Of a stretch of 58,586 bases of DNA, positions 9,122-18,685 are shown piece after piece (within the stretch, counting starts at the first letter, position 1; each line of letters starts with the position of its first letter). The position numbers and the translations under genes were made by a program. The notes under the pieces are model-generated. The model was given only the letters and a program-made list of their open reading frames with translations, was not told the DNA's origin and searched no databases. The stretch lies in IMG/VR virus record IMGVR_UViG_3300049917_000087, positions 1 to 58,586 of that record, one strand, 5' to 3'. The DNA comes from a virus. Taxonomy: Duplodnaviria; Caudoviricetes.

Positions 9122-11170
9122 CTAAGTGCAGTGCCCCCAGTCCGGGCCTACTTCCATTTCCGCTTTAACAGGGATCTTTAGCGGTATCGCGTTTTCCATA
9201 ACGTTGTGCATGGCTGCAAAAGCTTCCTCGGTTCCAGGTGCGCCCGAGTCCGAAAAACCTAGCTCATCGTGCACGGTCAAACGCGGGACGCCTGTAGCTG
9301 AAAATATACCGCTTTCATAGCAGATGAGCATAGCTTTTTTCATCAAGTCCGCCGCGCTGCCTTGTAACTTTCTATTTAGCGCTTTATGCAAGTTAGCGCG
9401 TTCAATGTTTAATCCGTACTTTGCGCGTGCAGCTTCGTACGGCAAAGCTATCCCACGGTCATCCCAATCAGCGGCATTCCATAAATCAAAACGACTGGCT
9501 CTACCTAATATCGTTCTAACCACACCTGTGCGCATGGCTTCTTGCGCGCAGTATTCCATTGTGGCATCTGCAAAGGGCACGGCAGCGTGATACGCTTTGA
9601 AGAGTTTCTTTCCTTCTTGTGGAGTTAATCCCAGACTACGCGTAAGCTTTGGTACGCCCATCCCGAATACAAGCCCGAAGTTAATAGTTTTGAGCGGCTT
9701 GCGCCTATGCTTCCGTTGCTCCTTTGTGGTTATATCCCAACCTGCAAATGGCGCGACTAGATCAAGCGTCATATCATGGTAATCTGTCTCAGGGTGCGCG
9801 ATAAAGTTTTGTCGTACTTTATCGCTACCTGGACCTACTGCAAAATGTATAAGGAATCGATACTCAATTTGTGAATAATCGTATCTTCGCCACTGCTTAT
9901 GCCCTTCGTCTGGAATGAATAGGCCGCGTATAAGCGGTGCTAGTTCTTCGTCGCGACTTGGAACATTTTGCAGATTTGGGTTGCTTCCGCTGAATCTACC
10001 GCTACGCGTCCCACCTTCATCGGAACGCATATTGTGAAACTGTCCGAATAGTCGGCTATTTATATGAGCATCTAAAATATAGTTCTGTACAAAGGTATTA
10101 CCGAGTTTATCTAGCTTGCGTTGTTCGCGTATCGCATCGCCTATAGGATGCTCAACAGATTCAAGAAATACGCGTTCAAAGCTTGGAGCACCGGCAGATG
10201 TGCGCGGATAAGCTATACCTAGTTTATCAAAAGCTAAGGCTATGGATGCTGCGCTGTTTACGTTTACTTCTAAGCCGGCTAACTCATTTAGTTTGTTATT
10301 AGCTTCCTTAGCGCGTATAAGTAGAGTGCCGCGTAATTTCTCTGCGCGTTCTATATGCACGCGTACGCCCGCAAAGCGCATATCTATAAGAAGCGGTGTA
10401 AGCCTGCATTCCATTTCGAATAGGTCTAGCAAGCCTTCGCGTGACAGTAAAGGCCATTGCTTATTTATCAACCTAAGCGGCAAATCGGCATCGGACTCGG
10501 CGTAAGGCCCGACAAGTCGCGCGGGCGTGCGATAGATGTTTTTTCTTTGATCTGATGTAGGCGAACCGCCATAAGCCTGCGCCTGCCATTGATACATGGC
10601 GCTTGAATCTTTGCCTTCGTTTAAGTATTTTTGCGCTAGTATTTCAAGAGAAACGCGTGAACGTTCGTCTAGTAAGGCTTCGGCATGCTGAACATCGTAT
10701 AGCACACCTTTAACGTAAACTTTTTCTTCGCGTAGCCAACCTACGTCATATATTATGTTCGCGCCTACTTTAGGTTGATGTGCGCGCGTGAGTTCAGTCC
10801 TGGCCCACGCTAAAACCTTTTCAGGTTCGAAGTTATATTGCGGTTCAACTTCATGACGCATTGGAAAATACCAACGCCCGTCACCGTCCGCGCCTATGGA
10901 TATGCCCACGATGTGGCCGACTCCGCGCGCCCATCCGGGACCTTTACCTGTTACTGGATTACCTACGGCATCTTTGTAATCGACTAGCTCCGGGTCCCAT
11001 GTTTCGCAATCGATTGATATAATGCGCGCTGCAGAAAGGTTTGGAAAATATGCGGGCGGTTTCCAGCCGGTTTCGGGTATTGGCGGAAGCGGGCGATTAG
11101 CGACAGACGCTAATTTGCGTGCGTACGGGCTAGCGTCTTCCCAGAATAGGCCGACTGAATCAGCGCGCAT
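9122..11170 (-). CDS. polA: DNA polymerase family A with 3'-5' exonuclease
   Basis: ExoI DCET, ExoII NIIYD, ExoIII YAESD; motif A DYSQIEYR, motif B KTINFG, motif C TVHDE. Confidence 0.95.
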   Translation of the reverse strand: MRADSVGLFWEDASPYARKLASVANRPLPPIPETGWKPPAYFPNLSAARIISIDCETWDPELVDYKDAVGNPVTGKGPGWARGVGHIVGISIGADGDGRWYFPMRHEVEPQYNFEPEKVLAWARTELTRAHQPKVGANIIYDVGWLREEKVYVKGVLYDVQHAEALLDERSRVSLEILAQKYLNEGKDSSAMYQWQAQAYGGSPTSDQRKNIYRTPARLVGPYAESDADLPLRLINKQWPLLSREGLLDLFEMECRLTPLLIDMRFAGVRVHIERAEKLRGTLLIRAKEANNKLNELAGLEVNVNSAASIALAFDKLGIAYPRTSAGAPSFERVFLESVEHPIGDAIREQRKLDKLGNTFVQNYILDAHINSRLFGQFHNMRSDEGGTRSGRFSGSNPNLQNVPSRDEELAPLIRGLFIPDEGHKQWRRYDYSQIEYRFLIHFAVGPGSDKVRQNFIAHPETDYHDMTLDLVAPFAGWDITTKEQRKHRRKPLKTINFGLVFGMGVPKLTRSLGLTPQEGKKLFKAYHAAVPFADATMEYCAQEAMRTGVVRTILGRASRFDLWNAADWDDRGIALPYEAARAKYGLNIERANLHKALNRKLQGSAADLMKKAMLICYESGIFSATGVPRLTVHDELGFSDSGAPGTEEAFAAMHNVMENAIPLKIPVKAEMEVGPDWGHCT

Positions 11171-11342
11171 GTTTACGATCTTCCCATGTAGCAGCGTACT
11201 GCAATAGCTCCGTCTTTAACTTCAACAAGTCTATAGGAGGCGGCGCAACGTATCCAGGCAAGCATCTAGGATAGTCGCAAAACTGCCCGCATTGCGGGCA
11301 GTTAGGGCATTCTAAAGGGCACGCAACGACTTCAACAGACAT
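11160..11342 (-). CDS. Small Cys-rich hypothetical protein
   Basis: CPLECPNCPQCGQFC; fills the gap between neighbours; start 11342 inferred. Confidence 0.5.
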   Translation of the reverse strand: MSVEVVACPLECPNCPQCGQFCDYPRCLPGYVAPPPIDLLKLKTELLQYAATWEDRKHAR

Positions 11343-11673
11343 GGACAGGGATACCCCTAGCTTTGGCACGTTTGCGCATATCGGCTGTTCCGGAGCCACC
11401 TGGAAACGCCAGCACCATAGCCGGCGCTGTGTGGTCAAGCATCCATTGATTTCTAACGGGGCCTGCGCGGTTGCCTAGAAGGTCCCATGCCGCATGCATT
11501 GTAAGGCACGGCCTGCCGTTCTTTATCGCCCAGTCGCGCGCCAGTCTATCAGCACCGTTTGCACCGCCTTGCACTAGACACGCTTGCGGAAAATCAATGT
11601 ACAGTTTTCTAAGTACATCGTGCATACGACTACTATCTTTGTAGTCACGTCCGCCAGTTATTAGAACTATCAT
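11332..11673 (-). CDS. SLOG/YspA-like protein (DUF2493)
   Basis: ITGGRDY, GGANGAD, AGPVRNQWM, FPGGSGT motifs. Confidence 0.85.
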   Translation of the reverse strand: MIVLITGGRDYKDSSRMHDVLRKLYIDFPQACLVQGGANGADRLARDWAIKNGRPCLTMHAAWDLLGNRAGPVRNQWMLDHTAPAMVLAFPGGSGTADMRKRAKARGIPVHVC

Positions 11674-11869
11674 TTAATCGGTTCAAGTTTGTGACCGTCA
11701 GCTAGTGCGGATTCGAGGCAATCACCGTGTATACGGTGAAGTCTTGCATCTTCCTTGGCGCGGATTAGATGAAAGTAAACATGACTCGGTTCTTTCCAGG
11801 TGCGCGATGTAATTGCGCATTGCATTGCCAACAGAAAGAGGGGCCGCCGCTTCCCTGACGTGTTTTCAT
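11670..11869 (-). pseudogene. Split small Zn-finger-like gene (one-base frame break)
   Basis: ATG 11869 frame (CWQC) stops at 11765; the -1 frame carries HGDC and ends at TGA 11670, overlapping the next ATG. Confidence 0.5.
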
Positions 11870-12819
11870 TCTCTAAGTCCTACTATTGCACCGCGCAACC
11901 GTTCGCCAAAAAATAGACAAGGTTTCGGATATGTACTAAAATCGGCAGTAAGTGCCACACCTTTAAGAAGATTTAGCATATTTAGATTGAACACGCCATG
12001 ACTAAACAGGCCATCTAACTCATATGCCGCGCCTTCTTCTATGGTTGTGTGCGTTTGTATACCGTCAGAAGTAAAACGAACTGCGCCGTTTTTATTGACA
12101 AATGGTTTAACTATGGCAAGTGCTGAAAATAGTTCGGGTGAGACTTCGACAGGATTTGCAGCAACGTCCAGTATCCTAGACAAGTCAGGCCAATCATTAG
12201 GAAGCAAATGTGAGCGTAACCATTTACCTGCACCGTAATGAAATGTTACGCTACTTGCGTCGTATTGCGCATGCAATGGTGGCTCGTCTATTCGCAATAG
12301 TTCTTTGACTGTAGCTTTCGGCAAGGTAACCACAACGGGCAGCGTGCTGCCGGCCCAGTATTCGACTAGCGTTACATTGTTTGTGGCGTATATGCTCGGG
12401 CCGCGCAGTAGCACGCCCTGGCACCACGGTCGGGCCGAATCCTCGCCGATGAAGGGGGCGACTGCGCGGAGCCCAGCAAGCAGCGCAGGGCCGTCTACAG
12501 GGCAGGCAATGCCTCCGGGTACAGCGTGAGGGGTAGGGCCGTCTACGCACTCCACAAGTGCCCGGAATTTGCCGCTGCGGACGCTCAGGCGCCCGGCCTG
12601 TGTCAGGCTTAGCTGCACGGTGGAGTCGCAAGAGCCGATGGCTTTTATCAGCGCTTCGGCGCGAGGCTTGCAGGCTATGTCGAAAGGTATTTGACTGGAA
12701 AGCGCTATTACACCGTTGTATCCGCGAACGGTGTGATTTTCAATGACAAAGTGCGTAAGCGCGGGTATGAATTCTTTTTTCGCTACGCTGCCTTGTACAA
12801 ATTTAAGCGCTTCGAGCAT
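11866..12819 (-). CDS. DNA polymerase III beta-clamp-like protein
   Basis: Size, RPWCQGVLL...YATNN clamp-like pattern, position just upstream of polA. Confidence 0.75.
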   Translation of the reverse strand: MLEALKFVQGSVAKKEFIPALTHFVIENHTVRGYNGVIALSSQIPFDIACKPRAEALIKAIGSCDSTVQLSLTQAGRLSVRSGKFRALVECVDGPTPHAVPGGIACPVDGPALLAGLRAVAPFIGEDSARPWCQGVLLRGPSIYATNNVTLVEYWAGSTLPVVVTLPKATVKELLRIDEPPLHAQYDASSVTFHYGAGKWLRSHLLPNDWPDLSRILDVAANPVEVSPELFSALAIVKPFVNKNGAVRFTSDGIQTHTTIEEGAAYELDGLFSHGVFNLNMLNLLKGVALTADFSTYPKPCLFFGERLRGAIVGLRE

Positions 12820-13198
12820 CAATGTCCTTTATTGTGCAGCGGTTATCGTTGAACAAGGTCAACGCGCCGTAAGTGCTGTACGTGTTCCACTCAAACACAC
12901 GACAACCGATAATTTTTGCTACTGCTAGTTCCATATTTGCGCCGCGACTCTGTGACCACCCTGCAAGCAGAACGATGTTTTCGCAGTCGAGTAGTTGACG
13001 CAAATCCTTGCGCAAACATAGCGCATACGGTACGCCGGGCGCGTTTATTTCTGCAGGATTGACGACAACTAGACCAGCGTTGCGCAATATCGCAGTTACT
13101 GCGTTGAAAGCCGGATAGTTATGGTCGGCGTAGCCTGTCATCGGACCAGACACGTACACAGGGCCGTACGCCAGTGCGGCAAAAGCTGGATTAGTCAT
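12803..13198 (-). CDS. DUF4406 / nucleoside 2-deoxyribosyltransferase-like protein
   Basis: VYVSGPMTG...N.PAF...VNPAE...GW.QSRGA..E. Confidence 0.85.
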   Translation of the reverse strand: MTNPAFAALAYGPVYVSGPMTGYADHNYPAFNAVTAILRNAGLVVVNPAEINAPGVPYALCLRKDLRQLLDCENIVLLAGWSQSRGANMELAVAKIIGCRVFEWNTYSTYGALTLFNDNRCTIKDIDARSA

Positions 13199-13285
13199 GT
13201 GAATTTGGTGTGGGATTAGCGCCCGGGAACAGTCACCGGGCGCTTTGAACGAGGAACAGGCCGGCATTGCACCGGCTTGCTTGGC

Positions 13286-13855
13286 TTACTGCGCTTGCGT
13301 TGCAGCGGCAGCCGCTGCAGCCTCTGCGGCGATCTTGCGCTTTGCCAAGTCCATCTGCGAAGGCACGCGGCCCGTCACGCCATTGAACTTGCGCCACTGG
13401 CTGTAGCTGGAACGAACGGTGTTATCGTTCATCTTCAGTTCCGCCGCAACAGCCATCAGATCGCCGATTGCAACGGGCGCACCAAGGGTGCGGCTCAGTT
13501 CGTCCATCAGTGCCCACGCGTTGCCGCAGGCGCTGCCGGGCAGCGGGCGGCGCACGTCGTTTTGCACCGGCTGCGTGTTGACGGCCTTGGTCGCCTTGGC
13601 TGCTTCCTTGGCGGCCTTCTTGGCGGCAGACTGGGCGCTACGCGCATCCTTGCGGGCTTGCACTGCATCCTTCTTGTCTTGCTTCGCCTTTGCGCGTTCG
13701 GCCTTCTTGGCCGCCTTGGCTTCTGCAATCGCAGCCTGCTTCGCGGCTTCCTCTTGCGCGCGCAGTGCAGCCTTTTCGCTGGCTTGCGCTGCGGCAGCTT
13801 GAATCGCGGCAAGTGCCGCATCGATTGCGATCTGTGCAGGGGTCTTTTCAGTCAT
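13286..13855 (-). CDS. Ala/Lys-rich protein with C-terminal putative DNA-binding domain
   Basis: AK-rich helical region, then RRP..GS.CG.AW...Y.QWRKFNG. Confidence 0.75.
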   Translation of the reverse strand: MTEKTPAQIAIDAALAAIQAAAAQASEKAALRAQEEAAKQAAIAEAKAAKKAERAKAKQDKKDAVQARKDARSAQSAAKKAAKEAAKATKAVNTQPVQNDVRRPLPGSACGNAWALMDELSRTLGAPVAIGDLMAVAAELKMNDNTVRSSYSQWRKFNGVTGRVPSQMDLAKRKIAAEAAAAAAATQAQ

Positions 13856-13904
13856 GGCGTTTCCTTGGTTGGTTGATTGTGTGACTTGATTTGTCAACCG
13901 CTGA

Positions 13905-13932
13905 ATCTTAACGCAGCGATTGGCAATGTCAA
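13905..13932 (-). promoter_or_regulatory. sigma70-like promoter
   Basis: TTGACA-N16-TAAGAT. Confidence 0.65.
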
Positions 13933-13945
13933 TACTTTTATCTGA

Positions 13946-14755
13946 TTAATTTGTGGGGCTGGTATGCCCGTAAAACTGCCGCCAGCGGTAGTAGTGAATA
14001 TTTGCCGTTGTGCGATTGACTGCCGCTGCCGCTGCCGCGATGCGCGCCTGTGAAAGCGTGCAAGTCGGGCCGATGGCATCGAAGATGTGCCACAGCGTGT
14101 CACCGATTGTGCCGGCGCTTTGCTTTTGCACACCGTTGCGCACTTCCCGATGCGCATCGATCACAACAGCGGCGCGGAAACTGCGTTCCGCTGCAATAGC
14201 TGTTTTTTGTTGTGCCGCGAAGTTGGCGAAGATAGCTGCCAGATCGGCAGGCGTGCTTGACAGCGCAAGCGAGGTAGCAACGCCGACGGGGTCAGATGCT
14301 GCACCTTCTTCACCGTAGACGCCGCTTGCTGTGACGCCTGTTGCTTCTTGCACACGCGTTTCAATACCCGAAAAGTCACCGGTCAGCATCGGCACGAAAG
14401 GCGGCGCATCCGCTGACGGCAGTTCCTGGAACACGGGCTGCAGATCGACAAGGCGCCCGGTGGGGCTCACTTGCGTAGCTTCTTCGGCCGGCACCTCAAT
14501 CGCTGCGGGTTCGTCGTCCACAAGCGTCCCTGCGCCTTCCCACTTCGGGTGCGAGGCGTCATCTTCGGGCGCGGGTTGCTGGGCGGCCGTCACGGCAGCA
14601 GAAGGCACCGGGTTGCCGTCTGCGTCAAGCCAACAGCCCCACTGTCCTTCGTGCTGCGTCAGGTAGCTTTCCCACAGCGATTCAAGCTTGTGAGTCTTGA
14701 TGAGAAAGCGTTTCGCGTGGTGTTTCGCTTGCGGCTTGAAAGTGAACTGAGTCAT
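13946..14755 (-). CDS. Acidic low-complexity protein sharing the C-terminal domain of 13286..13855
   Basis: RNGVQK..AGT.G..LW...YYRWRQFYG. Confidence 0.75.
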   Translation of the reverse strand: MTQFTFKPQAKHHAKRFLIKTHKLESLWESYLTQHEGQWGCWLDADGNPVPSAAVTAAQQPAPEDDASHPKWEGAGTLVDDEPAAIEVPAEEATQVSPTGRLVDLQPVFQELPSADAPPFVPMLTGDFSGIETRVQEATGVTASGVYGEEGAASDPVGVATSLALSSTPADLAAIFANFAAQQKTAIAAERSFRAAVVIDAHREVRNGVQKQSAGTIGDTLWHIFDAIGPTCTLSQARIAAAAAAVNRTTANIHYYRWRQFYGHTSPTN

Positions 14756-14786
14756 GTTCGCCCCTTGTGGTTAGACAGTGCAACGA

Positions 14787-14816
14787 ACTATAGCTTACGC
14801 ACGCTAGTCTGTGCAA
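14787..14816 (-). promoter_or_regulatory. sigma70-like promoter
   Basis: TTGCAC-N18-TATAGT upstream of 14755. Confidence 0.6.
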
Positions 14817-14868
14817 CACCTCATCGACTATACGACGATAAATTTTTGCTATTAAAAAATTAAAGCTA

Positions 14869-16707
14869 TTAAAAAGGTATATCGTCATCGAAGTCGTCTT
14901 TACCTAATACGAACGGTTTAGATGGTGACGAAGACGGTGCAATATCTACATGCAAATACGGTTCGACTACATCGGCATCCGGCTTACTGTAAGTGGCAGC
15001 ATTTTTACCAAAGCAGGAGCCGTCAAAACAAGCAGCCATAACAGACGGATACTTTTTGTTAGTCATTACGCGAATGTGCGTAGGGACCTTTATACTTTGT
15101 ATATCTGCTAGCGCTTCTAAAGTTGTTTTGGGTACAGGCAAGTTACTCCGTTCGTGCCACCAACGTTTAGCATTGCCGCGTGCGAAGTTGTTTTCGTGTT
15201 CAAAGCACGCGAAATCTTGAAAGCGCCTCAACCCACAAAAGTACGCGATTTTAAGGCTAGGCGGTTTACCTATCTTTGTGTGCATGCTGTATGTAACATG
15301 ATTCACAGCAAATTCTTCTATTACAGGTGGTTCAATTTCGCCTGTCTTAACTAGTGCAGCCGTACCGGCTTCCGATACTATCTTAGGTCCGAATACGGGA
15401 AACTTGTGCTCACAAAAACAACACTCTTTAGCCGTAGCGTGATTGTATGTATTACATATCGGGCACAATTTAACCGGAGCTTCGCCGGGCGTTTCGCCTT
15501 TTTGTTTTGGAATTACAGGGTCATTTATAGGTCCGAGTCTGGGCGTATTTTTGGCGAAATCTAGAACTAAGCAATTAAGTTTGTGACTGTGCGCGATAGC
15601 CGATAGGCGACCGTCGATTGTGTTTAAGTCAAAGCCCGTTGCGTAATACGGTCTTGTGCCACGTCCAAGCATCTGCACCCATAGTTGTGAAGATGCAGAC
15701 GGGCGCAGCATAACTATGCAATCTAGTGCAGGATGGTTTACACCTGTCGTCAGTATATTATTGTTTGTCAGCGCTCTTACTTTACCGGTTTTCCATGCGT
15801 CTAGTGCGTCGTTGCGTTCGTTACGGCCTAGTTTGTCGTGTACGGCTAAACATGGTACACCTAAGCTATTTAACATATCAGATGCCGTAATGGCGTTTTT
15901 AACGCCTGCGCAAAACACTAACCAGCTATAGCGATCTTTTGCCTGTTCACATGTTTCTAATAAAGCTTCATAAGTTACTTTATCATTGGCGCAAATTTCC
16001 TGCAGTTCGCTTTCTACAAAATCGCCTCCGCGTATATGCACGCCTTCAACATCTATACTCGTTTTTGTTTGTCTAGGTACTAGTGAGCATAGATAACCTT
16101 CGGCAATCAGTCTATTGAATGATTGCATGTCAGTTATATCAAAACAGTAATCGGTAAACAGGCCCCCGTTTGTAAGGTCGCCTATTCCTGCGCGCCAAGG
16201 TGTTGCAGTAAAGGCTATAACACGCAAGTTAGGGTTAGTTTTGCGTAAACCTTCTATCAGTCGATTGTACATTGTTGTTTCAGCGACATTAACTGCATGC
16301 GCTTCATCAACTAGAATAAGTCCGACATGGCCTAAACTTTGCCACTTGTTTACTATACTACCAATACCGCAAAACAGTATTCTTTGAAATAGGTCCCTGC
16401 GATTCAAGCCGGCACTATGTACGCCCGCAGGTGCGTCAGGCCATATATCAAGCAGTTCATCGAAGTTCTGTTTTATAAGTTCTTTTTTATGCGTAACCAT
16501 TAATACGCGTTCTTGCGGATACAATGAGTACACGTACTTAAGGAACTCGGCTATAACAACAGATTTGCCGGTTCCTGTTGGCATTGCAACAATGGGATTG
16601 CCCGTAGCGTTATTTTGAAAATAACGTACTATGGACTGCCACGCTTCCGTTTGATACGGACGCGGTAAATATTTAGACATTACAGATAGGCTTCTGATTT
16701 TGTCCAC
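14869..16707 (-). CDS. SF2 DExH helicase (RadD/YejH-like) with Zn finger
   Basis: PTGTGKS, DEAH, TATP, QMLGRGTR, CPIC...CCFC; ends DDFDDDIPF. Confidence 0.92.
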   Translation of the reverse strand: MDKIRSLSVMSKYLPRPYQTEAWQSIVRYFQNNATGNPIVAMPTGTGKSVVIAEFLKYVYSLYPQERVLMVTHKKELIKQNFDELLDIWPDAPAGVHSAGLNRRDLFQRILFCGIGSIVNKWQSLGHVGLILVDEAHAVNVAETTMYNRLIEGLRKTNPNLRVIAFTATPWRAGIGDLTNGGLFTDYCFDITDMQSFNRLIAEGYLCSLVPRQTKTSIDVEGVHIRGGDFVESELQEICANDKVTYEALLETCEQAKDRYSWLVFCAGVKNAITASDMLNSLGVPCLAVHDKLGRNERNDALDAWKTGKVRALTNNNILTTGVNHPALDCIVMLRPSASSQLWVQMLGRGTRPYYATGFDLNTIDGRLSAIAHSHKLNCLVLDFAKNTPRLGPINDPVIPKQKGETPGEAPVKLCPICNTYNHATAKECCFCEHKFPVFGPKIVSEAGTAALVKTGEIEPPVIEEFAVNHVTYSMHTKIGKPPSLKIAYFCGLRRFQDFACFEHENNFARGNAKRWWHERSNLPVPKTTLEALADIQSIKVPTHIRVMTNKKYPSVMAACFDGSCFGKNAATYSKPDADVVEPYLHVDIAPSSSPSKPFVLGKDDFDDDIPF

Positions 16708-17672
16708 ATGCTGCAGCCTACTTGCTGCCGCGCTTTTGTCGGAAAAAAGTTCTCCCCGTCATTTGCTACGCCTTCTTCAGGTCCAAATATCATTTTCATT
16801 TGGCGTTCTTTGTTATTGCAATACCATGTACCATCGGGACGCGGTTCACTAAATTGACACGTCCTGCAGTTACTGTGCGGAGGCGCACTCATGTGACAAA
16901 CCGGCCTATGATCGCACATTTTGCATTCGTACCAGCTAGCGTCTTCTTTTATGCGCTTAGGTGGCGTATGCATAGGAATTATAGCTATTGCGCGAGAAAG
17001 GCAGTTATCTGCCGCGACAATATTTAGTGCAATAACTTCTGCGTAAATCTCGTCAGTGTCTTTGTTTACCGCAAAGTATACGCCGAAATCTAATCCCATC
17101 TTTCGCATGTATTGCTGCATTTGCAAATAGTGCGTAGGTTTAGATAGCTGCACACCCTGCGTCCTTACAGCCTCAAAACTTTTATCATTGTGTGTTTTGA
17201 ATTCAGAAAGCGCGGGCGTATTGTCGGGTAAATCTGGACAACCTACGAACACACCGTCACTGCTGCCGCTCCAATGTCCGCCGGCATCGCTTACACGAAA
17301 TTGTTTTCCGTTAGCGTCTTGTTGATATACCGTACAACCAATCGTCAACAACAAGGCGATAAAACGCGCTTCTTCTAGGTGCCCGCGATTAAATAGCCTT
17401 ATCATTTGTCCGGAAAACTGTCGCGGTGTTGCCCATCGAAAGCTGTACCATATAGCGCGTTCGCAGCTATTTCCTGCTATACTTGCACCAAGATGCGAAC
17501 GAAATAAATCATGTTCTTGCTTGTATGCATCTGACATTGTAGGCAGTACGCGCTCTAACCACATGCGGAACGCGTTGCCTTGATCGTATGCAACCGCTGC
17601 TTCAAAGGCAGCTAGTGTTTTTGTTGCGACTACCGGTGCTGTCGGCATTGCGGAAGTATTTATAGCGACCAT
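16680..17672 (-). CDS. Cas4-like PD-(D/E)XK exonuclease
   Basis: GAS...CER, DG, EFKT, QMQQYM, CKMC...C cluster. Confidence 0.85.
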   Translation of the reverse strand: MVAINTSAMPTAPVVATKTLAAFEAAVAYDQGNAFRMWLERVLPTMSDAYKQEHDLFRSHLGASIAGNSCERAIWYSFRWATPRQFSGQMIRLFNRGHLEEARFIALLLTIGCTVYQQDANGKQFRVSDAGGHWSGSSDGVFVGCPDLPDNTPALSEFKTHNDKSFEAVRTQGVQLSKPTHYLQMQQYMRKMGLDFGVYFAVNKDTDEIYAEVIALNIVAADNCLSRAIAIIPMHTPPKRIKEDASWYECKMCDHRPVCHMSAPPHSNCRTCQFSEPRPDGTWYCNNKERQMKMIFGPEEGVANDGENFFPTKARQQVGCSMWTKSEAYL

Positions 17673-17684
17673 TGTTGCCTAAAT

Positions 17685-17725
17685 AAAAAAAAAAAAATGG
17701 GCGCGAAGCTCGCACCTTCGCGCCC
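17685..17725 (-). terminator. Rho-independent terminator
   Basis: 10-bp GC-rich stem GGGCGCGAAG/CTTCGCGCCC followed on the - strand by T13. Confidence 0.85.
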
Positions 17726-17785
17726 GAACACCCGGCGAGCCAAGCTCCAATAGCTCAAGCCGGGCGAAGGAGGAACACTGTTAGC

Positions 17786-18643
17786 TTACCGCGGCTGCGC
17801 CCACGGGGGTGTTGCGGGGGCAGGGCCACCGGCCCAGGGTTGCGGCTGCGTCTGGGAAGGCCCCTGCTGCGGGGGTTGCTGCGGTGCCGGGGCCTGTTGC
17901 TGTGCCCACGGAGGCGCACCGCCTGCGGCAGGTTGCTGTGCCGGCCCTTGCTGCGCCCAAGGCGGTTGCGCGCCCGTTTGCTGCGGTTGGGCAGGCGGAG
18001 CCCACGGGGCGGGCGCTGGGGCCTGTTGCTGCGGTTGTTGCGGCTGTGCGCCCCAGGGAGCGGCCACCGGTGCGCCGACGCTGGGTGCTGCCTGCGGGGC
18101 AGGGGCTTGCGCCTGTTGCTGCCAGGGTTGGGCTTGCGGAGGCTGTGCAGGCGACCATGCTGCCGGAGGCGCAGCCATGGGGGGAGCGCTGCGCGTCGGC
18201 GCAGGCGCTGCGGACGTATCGCCCACTTCCTCGCTAATGTGCCGCCATCCGCGCGGCTCGTTCTTCGCTTCGTATGTCTTACCAGTTTCCTTGTCCTGGT
18301 AGGCAGGCTGCAGCACGACTTTCAGCTTGAACGGGATGTTGTGCAGTTGATTGGTGTCCTGCAGGTCCAGCACGCCCACTGCATGGCACTGCGCACTCAA
18401 CTGGCGCCACGCAATATCGACGGTCTTCGGATTGGAATTGCGCGTGTTGAAACCGCCGAAAATCTTGTGATTCGTGTATTTACCGTCGATGATCTGATAG
18501 CGAACGGCAAGGCGTTCGCCCTGTCCGTCAGCCGTCGCCTTCATTTCGGATTGATCCATGATAGCGATATACCATCCTGTGGGGACAGGATCCATTCCCG
18601 CATCGGGTTCAACCGAACGCGCATTAAAGGTAAGTTGGGCCAT
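17786..18643 (-). CDS. DUF669-type ssDNA-binding protein with long P/Q/A/W tail
   Basis: DPVPTGWY...QLSAQCHAVG...QLHNIP core; between AAA ATPase and Cas4-like genes. Confidence 0.8.
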   Translation of the reverse strand: MAQLTFNARSVEPDAGMDPVPTGWYIAIMDQSEMKATADGQGERLAVRYQIIDGKYTNHKIFGGFNTRNSNPKTVDIAWRQLSAQCHAVGVLDLQDTNQLHNIPFKLKVVLQPAYQDKETGKTYEAKNEPRGWRHISEEVGDTSAAPAPTRSAPPMAAPPAAWSPAQPPQAQPWQQQAQAPAPQAAPSVGAPVAAPWGAQPQQPQQQAPAPAPWAPPAQPQQTGAQPPWAQQGPAQQPAAGGAPPWAQQQAPAPQQPPQQGPSQTQPQPWAGGPAPATPPWAQPR

Positions 18644-18685
18644 TTTGAGTGTTACTCCTTATCGGGCGTTGAAGGCGGTGCCCAG

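Noticed and set aside
17685-17697. A13 run as a phase-variation tract
   Set aside because: Intergenic and explained as the U-tract of a - strand terminator
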